DNA of 64,000 bases from NCBI GenBank assembly GCA_965225945.1, contig CBDDBZ010000033.1:128001-192000 (forward strand), read 5' to 3'. The notes beneath the pieces are model-generated. The model saw nothing but the letters and a program-made list of their open reading frames with translations, had not been told where the DNA came from and searched no databases. This DNA is from Alphaproteobacteria bacterium. GTDB taxonomy: Bacteria > Pseudomonadota > Alphaproteobacteria > GCA-2731375. Shown here piece by piece: positions 10,559 through 21,031 of this stretch (positions are counted from its first letter, which is position 1; the number at the start of each line of letters is the position of its first letter). Position numbers and translations under genes: made by a program.

Positions 10559-11332
10559 TCAGGGCCGTCCCGCCGAAACGCCGCCGTCCACCATATAGAC
10601 GCCACCGGTGCAGAAGGAGCTATCGTCGCTGGCGAGGAAGAGCATCAGGCGGGCCACCTCCTCCGGCTCGCCGTAACGCTTCAGCGGCGTTCCCGCCGCC
10701 ATCGGCCGGTTCGAGGGATCGCCGACGGCGAAACCCATCTTCTCCTCGATCGAGGTGATCATCCGGGTATCGATGGGCGAGGGATTGACCGTGTTGACGC
10801 GGATATCGGATGGCGCGCCTTCCATCGCCGCCGCCCGCATCATGCCGATCACCGCGTGCTTCGAGGTGGTGTAGGCCGAAAGCCCGCGCACCGCGCGAAT
10901 CCCGGCCGTGGACGAGGTGATGACGATGCTGCCGCCGCCCTGTGCCTCCATCAGCGGGAAGACCCGCTTCAAGCCCAGCCAGACGCCCTTGACGTTGACC
11001 GCCATGACCTTGTCGTAGAGCGCGTCCGGATAGTCCACCAGCGCCACCACGTCGCCCTCGATGCCGGCGTTCAGGAGGGCTATGTCGAGGCCCCCGAAGC
11101 GATCCACGGTAGCCTGCACGTAGCCGTCCGACTGGGCCGGATCGGTGACGTCTGCGGCGTGATAGGCGACGTCCTCGCCCCCAATCCCCGTCGCGGCCTC
11201 GGCCAGCGCGTCGGCGTTCAGGTCGACCAGCATGACCCGGGCGCCCTCGCCCGCGAAGATCCGCCCCGCCGCCCGGCCGATGCCGCCCGCGCCCCCGGTG
11301 ATGATCGCGACCTTGCCGTCGAGCTTGCCCAT
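10559..11332 (-). CDS. Classical SDR oxidoreductase
   Basis: TGGAGGIG, LNAGIEG, YTTSK catalytic motif. Confidence 0.93.
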   Translation of the reverse strand: MGKLDGKVAIITGGAGGIGRAAGRIFAGEGARVMLVDLNADALAEAATGIGGEDVAYHAADVTDPAQSDGYVQATVDRFGGLDIALLNAGIEGDVVALVDYPDALYDKVMAVNVKGVWLGLKRVFPLMEAQGGGSIVITSSTAGIRAVRGLSAYTTSKHAVIGMMRAAAMEGAPSDIRVNTVNPSPIDTRMITSIEEKMGFAVGDPSNRPMAAGTPLKRYGEPEEVARLMLFLASDDSSFCTGGVYMVDGGVSAGRP

Positions 11333-11378
11333 GGACTCCCCCGCCCTCCCCTCGTCTGGTGAAAATTCGTGCCCGCGT

Positions 11379-12578
11379 TCAGAGCACGGCGGTATCGGCC
11401 GGATGGCCCAGCATGTAGGCGCCGACGGTCTGAAAGTGGGTCTGGCGGCCCTGAAGCTGCTGCGTCACCGTGTGGAGATCGCGGAAGCGCCGCTCGAACG
11501 GGCTGGAGGCGAAGATCGCGGTGGCGCCGGCGAGATCGTAAACCTTGTCGGCGACGTCCTTGGCCTCGTGGATCGCATGGGTCGTGGCGAGCCGAATACG
11601 GACACGGTTTTCGATACTCAGTTCGCCGCGGCCGACCACGTCCTCCCAAATCTCGCCGAGCTCGGCCAAAACAAACGTCCGAGCCGCCTTCAGGCGCACT
11701 TCGCCGCGCGCCACCTCGCCCTGCACCACCGCGTTGTCGCGCAGCACGTCGCGCGCCATGCGGGGCGTCTTCTCCATCGCCAGCGCCTTGAAGGCGTCGA
11801 ACATGGCGCGCGAGAGCCCGAGCGCGGTGGCGGAAAAGCCCGAAGCGTAGAGCGACATCTGCCGATACTGATAGAGCGGGGCCTGATAGCGCCGTTCCGC
11901 CGCATCGTCGCGCGAGATGGTGTATTCGCAGCGAACGTAAAGATCCTCTGCCTCGAAGGCATCGCTGCCGGTGCCGCGCAGGCCGATGGTGTCCCAGATC
12001 CGCTCGAGCGGCAGCTCGGCTGCCGGCACCAGCGCGGTACGCATGATCACCTTGCCGCTCTCGTGGTGGCGCGGCTCGTCGTTCTCGTCGACCAGGACGC
12101 AGGCGGAGCCCAACCAGGTCGCGTGATGGGCGCCGCTGGCGAAGGACCAGCGGCCGGTGATGCGGAAGCCCTCGCCGTCGAGGCGGGCGGTGGCGGGCCC
12201 CGGTCCCCAGGCCACCACGCCGCGAGGATCGTCGCCCCAAATCTCGTTCGCCACCTCGGGCTCCAGATAGGCCGCCGCCATGGCGCAGCCGTTCGCCTGG
12301 CAGAGGCACCACGCGGTGCTGCCGTCGAGCTTGGCCACTGCCTCGATCACGCCGAAAAATTCGGGCGGGCTCAGCTCGGCCCCGCCGTAGGCGCGCGGCA
12401 GCAGCAGGCGGAACAGCCGCGCCTCGTGCAGCCCGTCGAGGAGCGCCTCGGGAAGTTCGCAGCGGCGATCCCCTTCCGCCGCCGAGTCCAGAATCAGCGG
12501 CGCCAACCCCTCGACGCGGGCGAGAAAGTCCTCGCCGGTCTCGCTGCCGGCCGAAACCTCGCTGTGCGCGATGACCAT
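11379..12578 (-). CDS. Acyl-CoA dehydrogenase-fold flavin-dependent hydroxylase (HsaA/HpaH-like)
   Basis: GRWSFASG, WDTIGLRGTGS, FERRFRDLH. Confidence 0.85.
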   Translation of the reverse strand: MVIAHSEVSAGSETGEDFLARVEGLAPLILDSAAEGDRRCELPEALLDGLHEARLFRLLLPRAYGGAELSPPEFFGVIEAVAKLDGSTAWCLCQANGCAMAAAYLEPEVANEIWGDDPRGVVAWGPGPATARLDGEGFRITGRWSFASGAHHATWLGSACVLVDENDEPRHHESGKVIMRTALVPAAELPLERIWDTIGLRGTGSDAFEAEDLYVRCEYTISRDDAAERRYQAPLYQYRQMSLYASGFSATALGLSRAMFDAFKALAMEKTPRMARDVLRDNAVVQGEVARGEVRLKAARTFVLAELGEIWEDVVGRGELSIENRVRIRLATTHAIHEAKDVADKVYDLAGATAIFASSPFERRFRDLHTVTQQLQGRQTHFQTVGAYMLGHPADTAVL

Positions 12579-12835
12579 GGCCCCTCCCTCGGTTCGATTG
12601 GTGGGGGCTAGATTAGCGATTGGCGCGGTCCGGGGAAAGGCACGCCATGGGGGGGATCTTCGAATGGCATCCGGCCCTTGGCGGGCGGCGTTTCGCTCCA
12701 TGGCTTCGCTGCCCCGCTCGCCTGTTCGCTCGGGCCGGTGTTTGCTGCTATCGTCGCGGGCGAAGCCAGCATATCTCGGGATCGTCGGGCCAGGTGCGAG
12801 CCGCCGGCCCCCCGAGGCACCCGGGAGATCGTCGC

Positions 12836-13915
12836 ATGCAACTCGGCCTCTTTACCATGCCGCTCCACCCGCCGGGCGCCAATTTGACGGAGACCCTCAA
12901 ATCGGACATGGCGCAGATCGTCGCGCTCGACGAGCTCGGCTACGACGAAGCCTGGATCGGCGAGCACTTCACCGCGGAGTGGGAGAACATCCCCTCGCCG
13001 GAGCTGTTCATCGCCCAGGCGATCGCGCTGACCAAGCGGATCAGGCTGGGCACCGGCGTCAGCTGCATGCCCAATCACAACCCCTTCACGCTGGCCCACC
13101 GGATCGCGCAGCTCGACCACATGGCCGAAGGCCGGTTCAACTGGGGCATCGGCACCGGCAGCTTTCCCGGCGACATGCGGGTCTTCGGCTATTGGGGCGA
13201 GGATGCGGCGGTGGACAACGTCGCCTACACCTGGGCTTCGCTGGACACGATCCTCGCGCTCTGGACCGACCCGAGGCCGGGCGTCTACGAGAGCAAATGG
13301 TGGCGCTTCACCATACCCGAGATCGAGGACGACATTGGGCTCCGCGCGCACATCCGACCCTACCAACGGCCGCACCCGCCGATCGGCCTAGCCGGCGTGA
13401 CGCCGTACTCCTCGACGCTCAAAATGGCCGGGGCCCGGGGGTGGATCCCGATGTCGATCAACCTGGTCCCGCCGGGGCTGCTGAAAACCCACTGGGAGGC
13501 GATCGAGGCGGGCGCCCGCGAGGCCGACCGGACGCCCGAGCGCGGCGCGTGGCGGGTGGCGCGCGAGATCTTCGTGGCCGAGACCAGCGCTGAGGCACGA
13601 AAACAGGCGACGAGCGGCGTCATGGCCCGCGATTTCGAGCAGTATTTTCTCCGCCTGCTGCCCAAGGTGGGCATGCTCGGGCTGATGAAGAACGATCCCG
13701 ACATGGCCGACTCGGACGTGACCATCGATTATCTGGTCGACAACGTGTTCATCGTCGGCTCCGTCGACGAGGTCGCCCAGAAGCTGAACGACCTGGTGGG
13801 CGAGATCGGCGCCTTCGGCACCCTGCTGGCGATGGGCCACGAATGGGAGCCCTATGAGGCCTGGCACCAGTCGATGTCACTGCTGCAGAACGAGGTGCTG
13901 CCCAAGCTCGGCTGA
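12836..13915 (+). CDS. LLM-class flavin-dependent monooxygenase
   Basis: MQLGLFTMPLHPP, GYDEAWIGEHF, IAQLDHM, PYQRPHPP. Confidence 0.9.
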   Translation: MQLGLFTMPLHPPGANLTETLKSDMAQIVALDELGYDEAWIGEHFTAEWENIPSPELFIAQAIALTKRIRLGTGVSCMPNHNPFTLAHRIAQLDHMAEGRFNWGIGTGSFPGDMRVFGYWGEDAAVDNVAYTWASLDTILALWTDPRPGVYESKWWRFTIPEIEDDIGLRAHIRPYQRPHPPIGLAGVTPYSSTLKMAGARGWIPMSINLVPPGLLKTHWEAIEAGAREADRTPERGAWRVAREIFVAETSAEARKQATSGVMARDFEQYFLRLLPKVGMLGLMKNDPDMADSDVTIDYLVDNVFIVGSVDEVAQKLNDLVGEIGAFGTLLAMGHEWEPYEAWHQSMSLLQNEVLPKLG

Positions 13916-14014
13916 GGCAGCGCTCGGCCCGATCCCCCCTCGAAGGCGCGCGAGCCGCCGCCGCGCCAGAACCCACGCCGAGGTCGACGACACCAAAGCG
14001 AGCCCCGAGTCTCG

Positions 14015-14066
14015 GCTTGCGGCGCCTGCGTGCGTGGGGGGCTTGCGGCGCCTGCGTGCGTGGGGG
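14015..14066 (+). repeat. Perfect 26-bp tandem duplication
   Basis: GCTTGCGGCGCCTGCGTGCGTGGGGG x2. Confidence 0.9.
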
Positions 14067-14085
14067 CGGAAACATTACGTTTTGT

Positions 14086-14127
14086 ATTGACATATACCAA
14101 TTGACATATACCAAATGTATCGATACA
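14086..14127 (+). promoter_or_regulatory. AT-rich promoter region: 2 x ATTGACATATACCA plus palindrome TGTATCGATACA
   Basis: Duplicated TTGACA hexamer and a perfect 12-bp palindrome at 14116-14127. Confidence 0.6.
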
Positions 14128-14390
14128 GTCCGTACCACGCCCCGCGCGAGGCCGAGGTCGGCCCGCCCGCTCCCCCTCCTTCCCGGCGGGCGGGCCCGGC
14201 CAAGGGAGAGGGAGAGCATGGCGGGAGAGGCGAAGCGTCGGCACCGCGACATGATCCTGGCGGCGGCGAAGCGATCGGCGGTCCCGATTCCTTGCCGTTT
14301 GGCCACGAGGACGACACGATTCGTGACGCCGGCCGGGCGAGGTTCGAGGCCCGTCCGCGCCGGCCCCTCGACGGCCGGGACCCGGGCGCC

Positions 14391-14732
14391 ATGACCGGCC
14401 TCGTCGAGACCCTCGCGGCCCTCCGCTATGATCCGCTGACCATCGCCCTCGTCGCCCATAACCGCGCCGCCGAGGCGGTCTTCGACCACTGGGGCTACCG
14501 AACCACGCGCGCGCTCGACGCGGTTTGCGCGCGGGGCTATTTCGACGGGCTCCACGGCCTCAAGGTCGGTGACGGCATCCGCGTCACCCGCATTTCGCCC
14601 GACGGCAGGCGGCTCTTGGATGCAGCCGACCTGGTCGTCGCCGAGGTCGAGCCGAACGTCAAGGTCATGGCCCTCAGTGGGGCGAGGCTGGACGATTTCG
14701 ACCCGCGCTTCCGCCTCGGCGGCACGGACTGA
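14391..14732 (+). CDS. Small hypothetical protein
   Basis: Host-like codon usage; W-x-Y-x-T...GYF...L-x-VGD-x-I pattern resembles a small alphaproteobacterial/phage family. Confidence 0.6.
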   Translation: MTGLVETLAALRYDPLTIALVAHNRAAEAVFDHWGYRTTRALDAVCARGYFDGLHGLKVGDGIRVTRISPDGRRLLDAADLVVAEVEPNVKVMALSGARLDDFDPRFRLGGTD

Positions 14733-14968
14733 GGCGGCGAAAGGGGCGCACGCGATCGCCGGGATGCGACGGCCGGCCCGTCGCGCGCTCGGTTGGACGC
14801 GGCGCGGGCCAGGCGATAGGATGCCTCGAATAATCGAGGCTCCCCTCCGATTCGGGCCGACGCCGTGGCGATCTTGCTAGGTCCATCTGCTTCCTGCGTC
14901 GCGAGCCGGCACCGCTCGGGCATCGCTCGCGGCGCCTATGAGCGGGTCCGGAACAAGGCGTCTGGCGG

Positions 14969-15958
14969 GTGACCACGCTGGTCACCGGGGCGACCGGCTT
15001 CGTCGGCTCGGCCGTCGTCAGGGCCTTGCTGGGGCGCGAGCGGTCGGTCCGCGTCCTGGTCCGCCCGTCGAGCGAGCGCGCCAACATCGCCGGCTTGCCG
15101 GTCGAGGTCGTCGAAGGCGACCTACGCGAGCCGGCCTCGCTGGCTCGAGCCCTCGCCGGGGCCCGGGCGCTCTATCATGTCGCCGCCGACTATCGCCTCT
15201 GGGCGCGCCATCCCGAGGAGATCTATCGCTCCAACGTCGAGGGCACGCGCGATCTGATCCGTGCCGCGCTCGACGCAGGCGTCGAGCGGATCGTCTACAC
15301 CTCGAGCGTCGCCACCCTCGGCCTCCGTCCCGACGGCGAGCCGGCCGACGAGGCGACGCCGGTCACGCTCGAGGAGATCACCGGCCACTACAAGCGTTCC
15401 AAGTTCCTCGCCGAGGCCGAGGTCCGACGGCTCGTCGCCGAGGAGGGGGCGCCGGTCGTGATCGTCAACCCCTCGGCCCCCGTCGGCCCCCGCGACATCA
15501 AGCCGACGCCGACCGGCCGGCTGGTGCTGGAGGCCGCCGGCGGCAAGATGCCGGCCTATGTCGAGACCGGCCTCAACCTGGTGCACGTCGACGACGTCGC
15601 CGAGGGTCATCTCCTCGCCTTCGAGAGCGGCACCATCGGCGAGCGCTACATCCTCGGCGGCGAGAATCTGGCGCTGATCGAGATCCTGCGCCGCATTGCC
15701 TCGTTGGTCGGCCGCCGGCCGCCCAGGCTCCGCTTGCCCCACGCTCTGGTCATTCCCATCGCCCATGTCGCCGAGGCGATCGCGCGGCTCGGCGGGGGAG
15801 AGCCGTTCGTCGCCGTCGACGGGGTCAGGCTGGCCAGGAAGCGCATGTATTTCACCGCCGCCAAGGCGGAGCGCACGCTCGGCTACCGCTCCCGGCCGGT
15901 CGACGAGGCGCTGGCCGACGCCGTCGCCTGGTACCGCGAAACCGGCGCGCTGTCCTGA
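14969..15958 (+). CDS. hpnA: Hopanoid-associated sugar epimerase (NAD-dependent epimerase/dehydratase)
   Basis: TGATGFVG, HVAADYRLW, YKRSK, DIKPTPTG. Confidence 0.85.
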   Translation: MTTLVTGATGFVGSAVVRALLGRERSVRVLVRPSSERANIAGLPVEVVEGDLREPASLARALAGARALYHVAADYRLWARHPEEIYRSNVEGTRDLIRAALDAGVERIVYTSSVATLGLRPDGEPADEATPVTLEEITGHYKRSKFLAEAEVRRLVAEEGAPVVIVNPSAPVGPRDIKPTPTGRLVLEAAGGKMPAYVETGLNLVHVDDVAEGHLLAFESGTIGERYILGGENLALIEILRRIASLVGRRPPRLRLPHALVIPIAHVAEAIARLGGGEPFVAVDGVRLARKRMYFTAAKAERTLGYRSRPVDEALADAVAWYRETGALS

Positions 15959-16061
15959 GAGGCTGACCGCGACACCACCGGGGCAGCACCCCGACCGCCA
16001 CCGCGCCGGACCCGCCGCGAGGGTTCCCTTCCTAGCTGGCCCGTAGCGCCCAAAACGTCAT

Positions 16062-16231
16062 CGTGAAGGAAGCGAGGGGCCGAACGTTTTTGCCGCTTAG
16101 GTTCAGAACGCGTGGCCCGTCGCCTCGACCGAGCGCAGCAGGCGGCGTGAAGGAAGCGAGGGGCCGAACGTTTTTGCCGCTTAGGTTCAGAACGCGTGGC
16201 CCGTCGCCTCGACCGAGCGCAGCAGGCGGCG
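16062..16231. repeat. 84-bp tandem duplication covering the 3' end of the 500-aa ORF
   Basis: Units start at 16062 and 16146 (CGTGAAGGAAGCGAGGGG...). Confidence 0.9.
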
Positions 16232-17689
16232 CAGCGCGATCAGGCGGTCGCGGCCGTCGGCGTCGGCAGCGGCGCGGGTCGAGAGCGCCTCCATGAAGCC
16301 GGGCGCGCGCACCACGCCCAACGCCTTCGCCCGAACTTGCCCCAAGGCCCGGCCCTGGGTGACGCCGGCCTCGGCACAGAAGCTCAACAGCCGCACCGCG
16401 CGTTCGGTCGGATCGTCCGCGCCCTTCGCCAAACGCTCCAGCAGGCGCGAGCCGGTCAGCACCTCGTACCAAAAATCATCGAGCGCCGCCCTCAGCGTTT
16501 CGCGCCGTACCTCGGCCAAGCCGGAGGCGGCGACGCGGCGCTCCAGTTCGGCGAGCCGGCGCATTCGCTGGCGCGCGTCGTTCGCCGGCACCTCGGTGAA
16601 ATCCGCCCGATTGGCGCGCGAAGCGACGATAGCCTGGATGTAATCGCCAAGGAGCTCCTTGCTCGGCCCCTCGATGATGCCGTCCTCGATCTCGAGCAGG
16701 CGCTCGAACTGGGCGAGCGCCCCCTGGGCATCCTTCAACAGGCCGCCGATCGCCTCGGGATGGAGCTGGCGGCGGGCGCGGGCGCGAAACGCCTCGGTCA
16801 TGGCGAGGCCGCCCCGGAGCCTGCCCTCCGCGTCGCGAAGCCCCTCGATCAGGCTCGCCTGGGCCCGCGCCTCGTTCATCAGGTCGCCCTCGGCGAGCGG
16901 TCGATGGCCCCAGAGCGTCTGGGCGATCCGGCGCAGCACCGTATCCCGACACCGCGGCATCCAGCCGGCGCCGATCCAGCGACAGAGGCGGTCACGGCCC
17001 CTAGGCACGTCGGGCCGTCCCCCGGTCTCTCCCTCGACGAGCGCAACCAGACAGCGCAGCGCGGCCATCAGATCCGGCTGCTCCCCCAGCAGGTCGGTGA
17101 GCGCGCCGGCATCGTCCAGGAAATCGGCGATCAATTGGTCCAGCAGGGGGACCGCCCCGTCCGGGGCATTATCGAGCAATCCCAATAGCACGCGCAGTCT
17201 GTCGGAGAGCGAGTCCTCGCCGGCGACGTGCTGCGACAGCGCCGCGTTGAAGCAATATGTGGGGTCCGGATCCTCTCCCACCCGGCGGGCGAGCGCGGCC
17301 AGGTCGTCGTTCTGCAACACCGGCATGCGGCCCGAGCGGGCGTCGCTCCGGACCTGTTTCAGGATTTCGTCGAACAGCGCATAGAGCACCCGCATGCGCT
17401 GCTGCACGTCACCCTTGGTTCCCTTGACCTGAGCCCGGGCCGCCCACTGCACCGCGCCCTGCAGCAGACTTCCTGCGTTCTCCAGACGGGCGAGATGCTC
17501 CGGCAGGTGCAGCAGCTCGGTCGGCGTGATCTTGTATTGCGCCAGCCAGTCGGCGAGGAGACGGCGGATGGTCTGTCGCGACCTCAGGCCATAGATCGCC
17601 TTCGGTCCCTCGCAGACCGGCACCGGGTCGTCGCCGGGCGTGTCGCGAACTTGCGCGCCAGCCAGATCGAAACCTCTCGGGCTCGCCAA
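16187..17689 (-). CDS. Conserved hypothetical helical protein
   Basis: 500-aa ORF with host codon bias; ITPTELLH motif; no function recognised and start uncertain. Confidence 0.7.
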   Translation of the reverse strand: MASPRGFDLAGAQVRDTPGDDPVPVCEGPKAIYGLRSRQTIRRLLADWLAQYKITPTELLHLPEHLARLENAGSLLQGAVQWAARAQVKGTKGDVQQRMRVLYALFDEILKQVRSDARSGRMPVLQNDDLAALARRVGEDPDPTYCFNAALSQHVAGEDSLSDRLRVLLGLLDNAPDGAVPLLDQLIADFLDDAGALTDLLGEQPDLMAALRCLVALVEGETGGRPDVPRGRDRLCRWIGAGWMPRCRDTVLRRIAQTLWGHRPLAEGDLMNEARAQASLIEGLRDAEGRLRGGLAMTEAFRARARRQLHPEAIGGLLKDAQGALAQFERLLEIEDGIIEGPSKELLGDYIQAIVASRANRADFTEVPANDARQRMRRLAELERRVAASGLAEVRRETLRAALDDFWYEVLTGSRLLERLAKGADDPTERAVRLLSFCAEAGVTQGRALGQVRAKALGVVRAPGFMEALSTRAAADADGRDRLIALRRLLRSVEATGHAF

Positions 17690-17816
17690 CCCTGGCTCCC
17701 TTCATCTCCAGGGGCCACTCGCCTCGCGCGCGACCCTCGAGACAATATTTTCAAACAGTCGCCTTAATAATTTGAAAACATGGGGCAAATCGAGGCCATC
17801 GGCGCGGGCGGATGCT

Positions 17817-18488
17817 CTAACCCTCGGCGTCGGGGAGATGACGGCGCTTGACGAGGCGTAGGGTCAGCTCCTCCGCGCGGGCCGGCGTCATCCGCGCCAA
17901 GATCGCCGCCATCTTGACCTCGCGCATGCGCCCCGTCACCTCCAACAGCACCTCGATGTCGAGGCGGTTGAGGATCCGCGCCGCGTCCTTCGGCTTCATG
18001 GACTCGTAGACCTTGACCAGGCTCTTGAGCTGCTCCTCGCGGTGTTCTTCCTGGCCCTCCACGAACTCGGCGATGCGCACCTCGATCTTCTTCAGTTGGG
18101 CGATCTTCTCGTCGATCCGGTTTTCGGTCGCCTTCAGCACGCCCTCGCGGACGTCCATGTCGCGGCGCAGCGCGTCGAGCCGCTGGCGCCGCTCGGCCAA
18201 GGCCTGGAGCACGACGACCTCGCTCGCGGTGAGCGTGGCCGGGTCGATGGCCGCCGCCTTGGCCGTTTCGCCGTCACCGCGGCTCGAAGCCGTGCGGTCT
18301 TCCTTCTCGGTCTCGGTCTTGCTCTCCGTCTTTGCCTTGGCGGGCGCCTTCTTGGCCAGCGCCTCCTGGGCGACGGCGCCCGTCGGTCCCAGCGCCTGGA
18401 ATCCCTCCCAGACGTCCTCCAGCTTGAAGACGCAGACCAGGCCGGCGGTCAGGATCAGCACCGGCAGCAGGCGTAATCGGCTCGACAT
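17817..18488 (-). CDS. motE: MotE family flagellar protein
   Basis: N-terminal TM, coiled coil, LVKVYESMKPKDAARI; lies downstream of fliM. Confidence 0.8.
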   Translation of the reverse strand: MSSRLRLLPVLILTAGLVCVFKLEDVWEGFQALGPTGAVAQEALAKKAPAKAKTESKTETEKEDRTASSRGDGETAKAAAIDPATLTASEVVVLQALAERRQRLDALRRDMDVREGVLKATENRIDEKIAQLKKIEVRIAEFVEGQEEHREEQLKSLVKVYESMKPKDAARILNRLDIEVLLEVTGRMREVKMAAILARMTPARAEELTLRLVKRRHLPDAEG

Positions 18489-18510
18489 CGGCAGCCCTCA
18501 TTCCGCTACT

Positions 18511-18957
18511 TCAGCGCACGGCACGCAAGGCGCGACGCAGTTCGCGCTCCGATTCCGACGGTGTGCGGGCGATGGGCTCGTCGGTCACGCCCGCCGACAA
18601 CGGCCGGGCGGCGGCGGCGCCCGGCTCCGGGCGAGCGACGGTGGCGAGCCGTGTCGCCACGGAATCCGCCGACTCGATCATGCGACGAAGTTCGTCCACC
18701 AGCTCTCGTCCCCGGGCCAAGCGCCCTTCCAACTCCACGCCCAGCACGTCGCCGGCTCGGGCCAGCTCGCCTAGGCTGGCTTGCGCGTGTCCGGCCGAGC
18801 GCTCCAACTCCCTCGCCGATTCCGCCATTTCGCCGCGCGTGGCGCGAAGCGCGCCCAAGCGTTGATTGAGCACCAGGCAATAGCCGATCGTCACCATCAA
18901 CAAGACGACCAGGACCAGGTCGATCCAGAGCTGGGCGTTGCCCGAAAGCACGCTCAT
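18511..18957 (-). CDS. Membrane-anchored coiled-coil flagellar-cluster protein (DUF6468-like)
   Basis: TIGYCLVLNQRLGALR after a TM helix; SESERELRRAL tail; sits between fliM and motE. Confidence 0.7.
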   Translation of the reverse strand: MSVLSGNAQLWIDLVLVVLLMVTIGYCLVLNQRLGALRATRGEMAESARELERSAGHAQASLGELARAGDVLGVELEGRLARGRELVDELRRMIESADSVATRLATVARPEPGAAAARPLSAGVTDEPIARTPSESERELRRALRAVR

Positions 18958-20090
18958 CTGAGGCGTTCCTCGACCCTGACGGCGATGTTCTGGCCCCTGC
19001 GACCCATCCGCCCTATCAGCAGGGAAATGCCGCCGCAGCGCAGTTCCACCGGCGAATCCGGCTTGTTGTTGAGCATCAGCGTGCGGCCGACCTCCAGGTT
19101 CATCACCTGGCGGAGCGACATCGTCTGATCCTCCAATACCGCCTCCAGGTCGATCGAGGTCTGCCACAGCTCCGTGGCGAGATGGCTTTCCCAGATGGAA
19201 TCCCGGCCGAACTTCTCACCCATGAACATCTGCAGAAGGAGCTTGCGAATGGGCTCCAGGGTCGCGTAGGGCAGCAGCAGCTCCAGGCGGCCGCCGCGAT
19301 CCTCCATGTCGATGCGGAGCTTGACCAGGACGGCGGCGTTGGCGTGCTGCGCGATCGAGGCGAAACGGGGGTTGGTCTCCAACCGGTCGAAGACGAAGTT
19401 GATCGGGCTCAGCGGCTCGAAGGCGGCGGAGAGGTCCTCCAGCACGACCTCGACCATCCTCGCGACCAGGTTGATCTCGATCGTGGTGTAAGGCCGACCC
19501 TCGATGCGCATGGCGGCGGTGCCGCGCCGCCCGCCGAGCAAGACGTCGACGATCGAATAGATCAGCGAGCTGTCGACCGTCAGCAGGCCGTAGTTGTCCC
19601 ATTGCTCGGCCCGGAAGACCGAAAGCATCGCCGGAAGCGGGATCGAGTTCAGATAGTCGCCGAAGCGGATCGAGGTGATGTTGTCGAGCGAGACCTCGAC
19701 GTTGTCCGAGGTGAAGTTGCGAAGCGAGGTCGACATCATGCGGATCAGGCGGTCGAACACCACCTCCAGCATCGGCAGCCGCTCATAGGAAACCAGCACG
19801 CTGTTGATGATCGCCTGAATGCCGGTGCGATTGGCGTCGTCGTCGTCGTCGCCATCGAAGCCCAGCAGGCTGTCGATCTCGGCCTGGTCCAGCACCCGGC
19901 TGTTGCCGGCACCGTCGCCCTCGTCCTCGTCCTCGTCCTCGTCGACCATCGCCGCCCAATCGGCGGCCACGTCGTCATCGCCGCCGGCGCCGCTCTCGCC
20001 CTCGCCCTCGGCGGATTCGGCGGCCATCATGGCCTCCCACTCCGCCGCGGTCTGGGCGTCGTCGGGCGCTGTATCGTCGTCCGCCATCAC
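18954..20090 (-). CDS. fliM: Flagellar motor switch protein FliM
   Basis: VLDQAEIDSLLG, YERLPMLEVVFDR, ETNPRFA, SpoA-type C-terminus. Confidence 0.96.
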   Translation of the reverse strand: MMADDDTAPDDAQTAAEWEAMMAAESAEGEGESGAGGDDDVAADWAAMVDEDEDEDEGDGAGNSRVLDQAEIDSLLGFDGDDDDDANRTGIQAIINSVLVSYERLPMLEVVFDRLIRMMSTSLRNFTSDNVEVSLDNITSIRFGDYLNSIPLPAMLSVFRAEQWDNYGLLTVDSSLIYSIVDVLLGGRRGTAAMRIEGRPYTTIEINLVARMVEVVLEDLSAAFEPLSPINFVFDRLETNPRFASIAQHANAAVLVKLRIDMEDRGGRLELLLPYATLEPIRKLLLQMFMGEKFGRDSIWESHLATELWQTSIDLEAVLEDQTMSLRQVMNLEVGRTLMLNNKPDSPVELRCGGISLLIGRMGRRGQNIAVRVEERLR

Positions 20091-20102
20091 CGCCCCCCGG
20101 AC

Positions 20103-20493
20103 TTACTGAACCAAAAATTCCTTGAACAGGATGTCATTCACCTTCGGCGCCCCGGTCGAGGCGTGAATGCGGGCGAGCAATTCCTCCTTGAGCAGCATCG
20201 GCCCGGCCGAGCCGCTCAAATCCTCGATCCGAAGCTCGCGCAGATAGATCTGGAAGGTGTCGATGATGCGCGGCAGCACGGCCTCGACCTTGCGCAGATC
20301 GTCGTCGTCTTCGAGCTCCAACGCGATGGCGATCTTGAGGTAGCTGTTCTGTCGCCCGCCACTGTTGAGGTTCACCAGAATGTGGGGCAGGTTGTAGAAT
20401 ACCAGCCCCCTCGCCGTCGCCGGCCCCGCGCCACCCTCGTCGGCCACCGTGGCCGGCGCCTCGCCATCGGCCGGCGGCGCAAGAAGAAAGAAG
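20103..20493 (-). pseudogene. fliL: fliL, 5' part disrupted by the cassette insertion and a deletion
   Basis: LVNL...YLKIAIALE...PRIIDTFQIYLRELR...FKEFLVQ; most of the N-terminal anchor is missing; possible orphan start MSDVDVNA at 21052. Confidence 0.85.
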
Positions 20494-21031
20494 CTTGCCT
20501 ATCCGGTTATCACCCACACCCACTATATGTAGTGTGCACCCATTTTCCTGAGTAAAGCTCGGTGCAGGTCGAAGCGGAGATATCTCCGGCGATGCCGAGC
20601 AGGGACTCGGACGGCATTGTAGCGCCTTTTAGGCGACACTTTAGCGTGGTGGAAATCCTAATCATTGAGTCGGATTTGGCAAAACGCCACGTTGCATAAA
20701 GGACCGTCACTTCATTGAAATTTATCTGAAATCGGAGGTGAACGACACCGATGGAATATTCCAGGAAATCAGAGCTTCATTGAATTGTAGGATTCGAGTG
20801 CCGGATTATTCACAAATAGCTCTGTGAACTGGTTTTCAAGTTCGCTCAATACGTCATATGAAGTAAACGGATTGAGGATCACGTTCTTGCGTGTCGCTTC
20901 GTCTTCGCTGCGACTCAAAACGCGCAGGAGACTAACAGGCGCGGACGGGTTCTTCGCAACGATTCGTGCCAGCGCGTCGCTTTCTTCGACTAGTGCCGTC
21001 AATCGCTCATCTCAGCAGCTTCCCGTCTGGC
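20494..21031 (-). mobile_element. Truncated copy of the 755-bp TIR cassette
   Basis: One 43-bp TIR at 20494; reverse-complement identity to 31590-32344 apart from a small internal deletion near 21010; other end lost. Confidence 0.92.
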
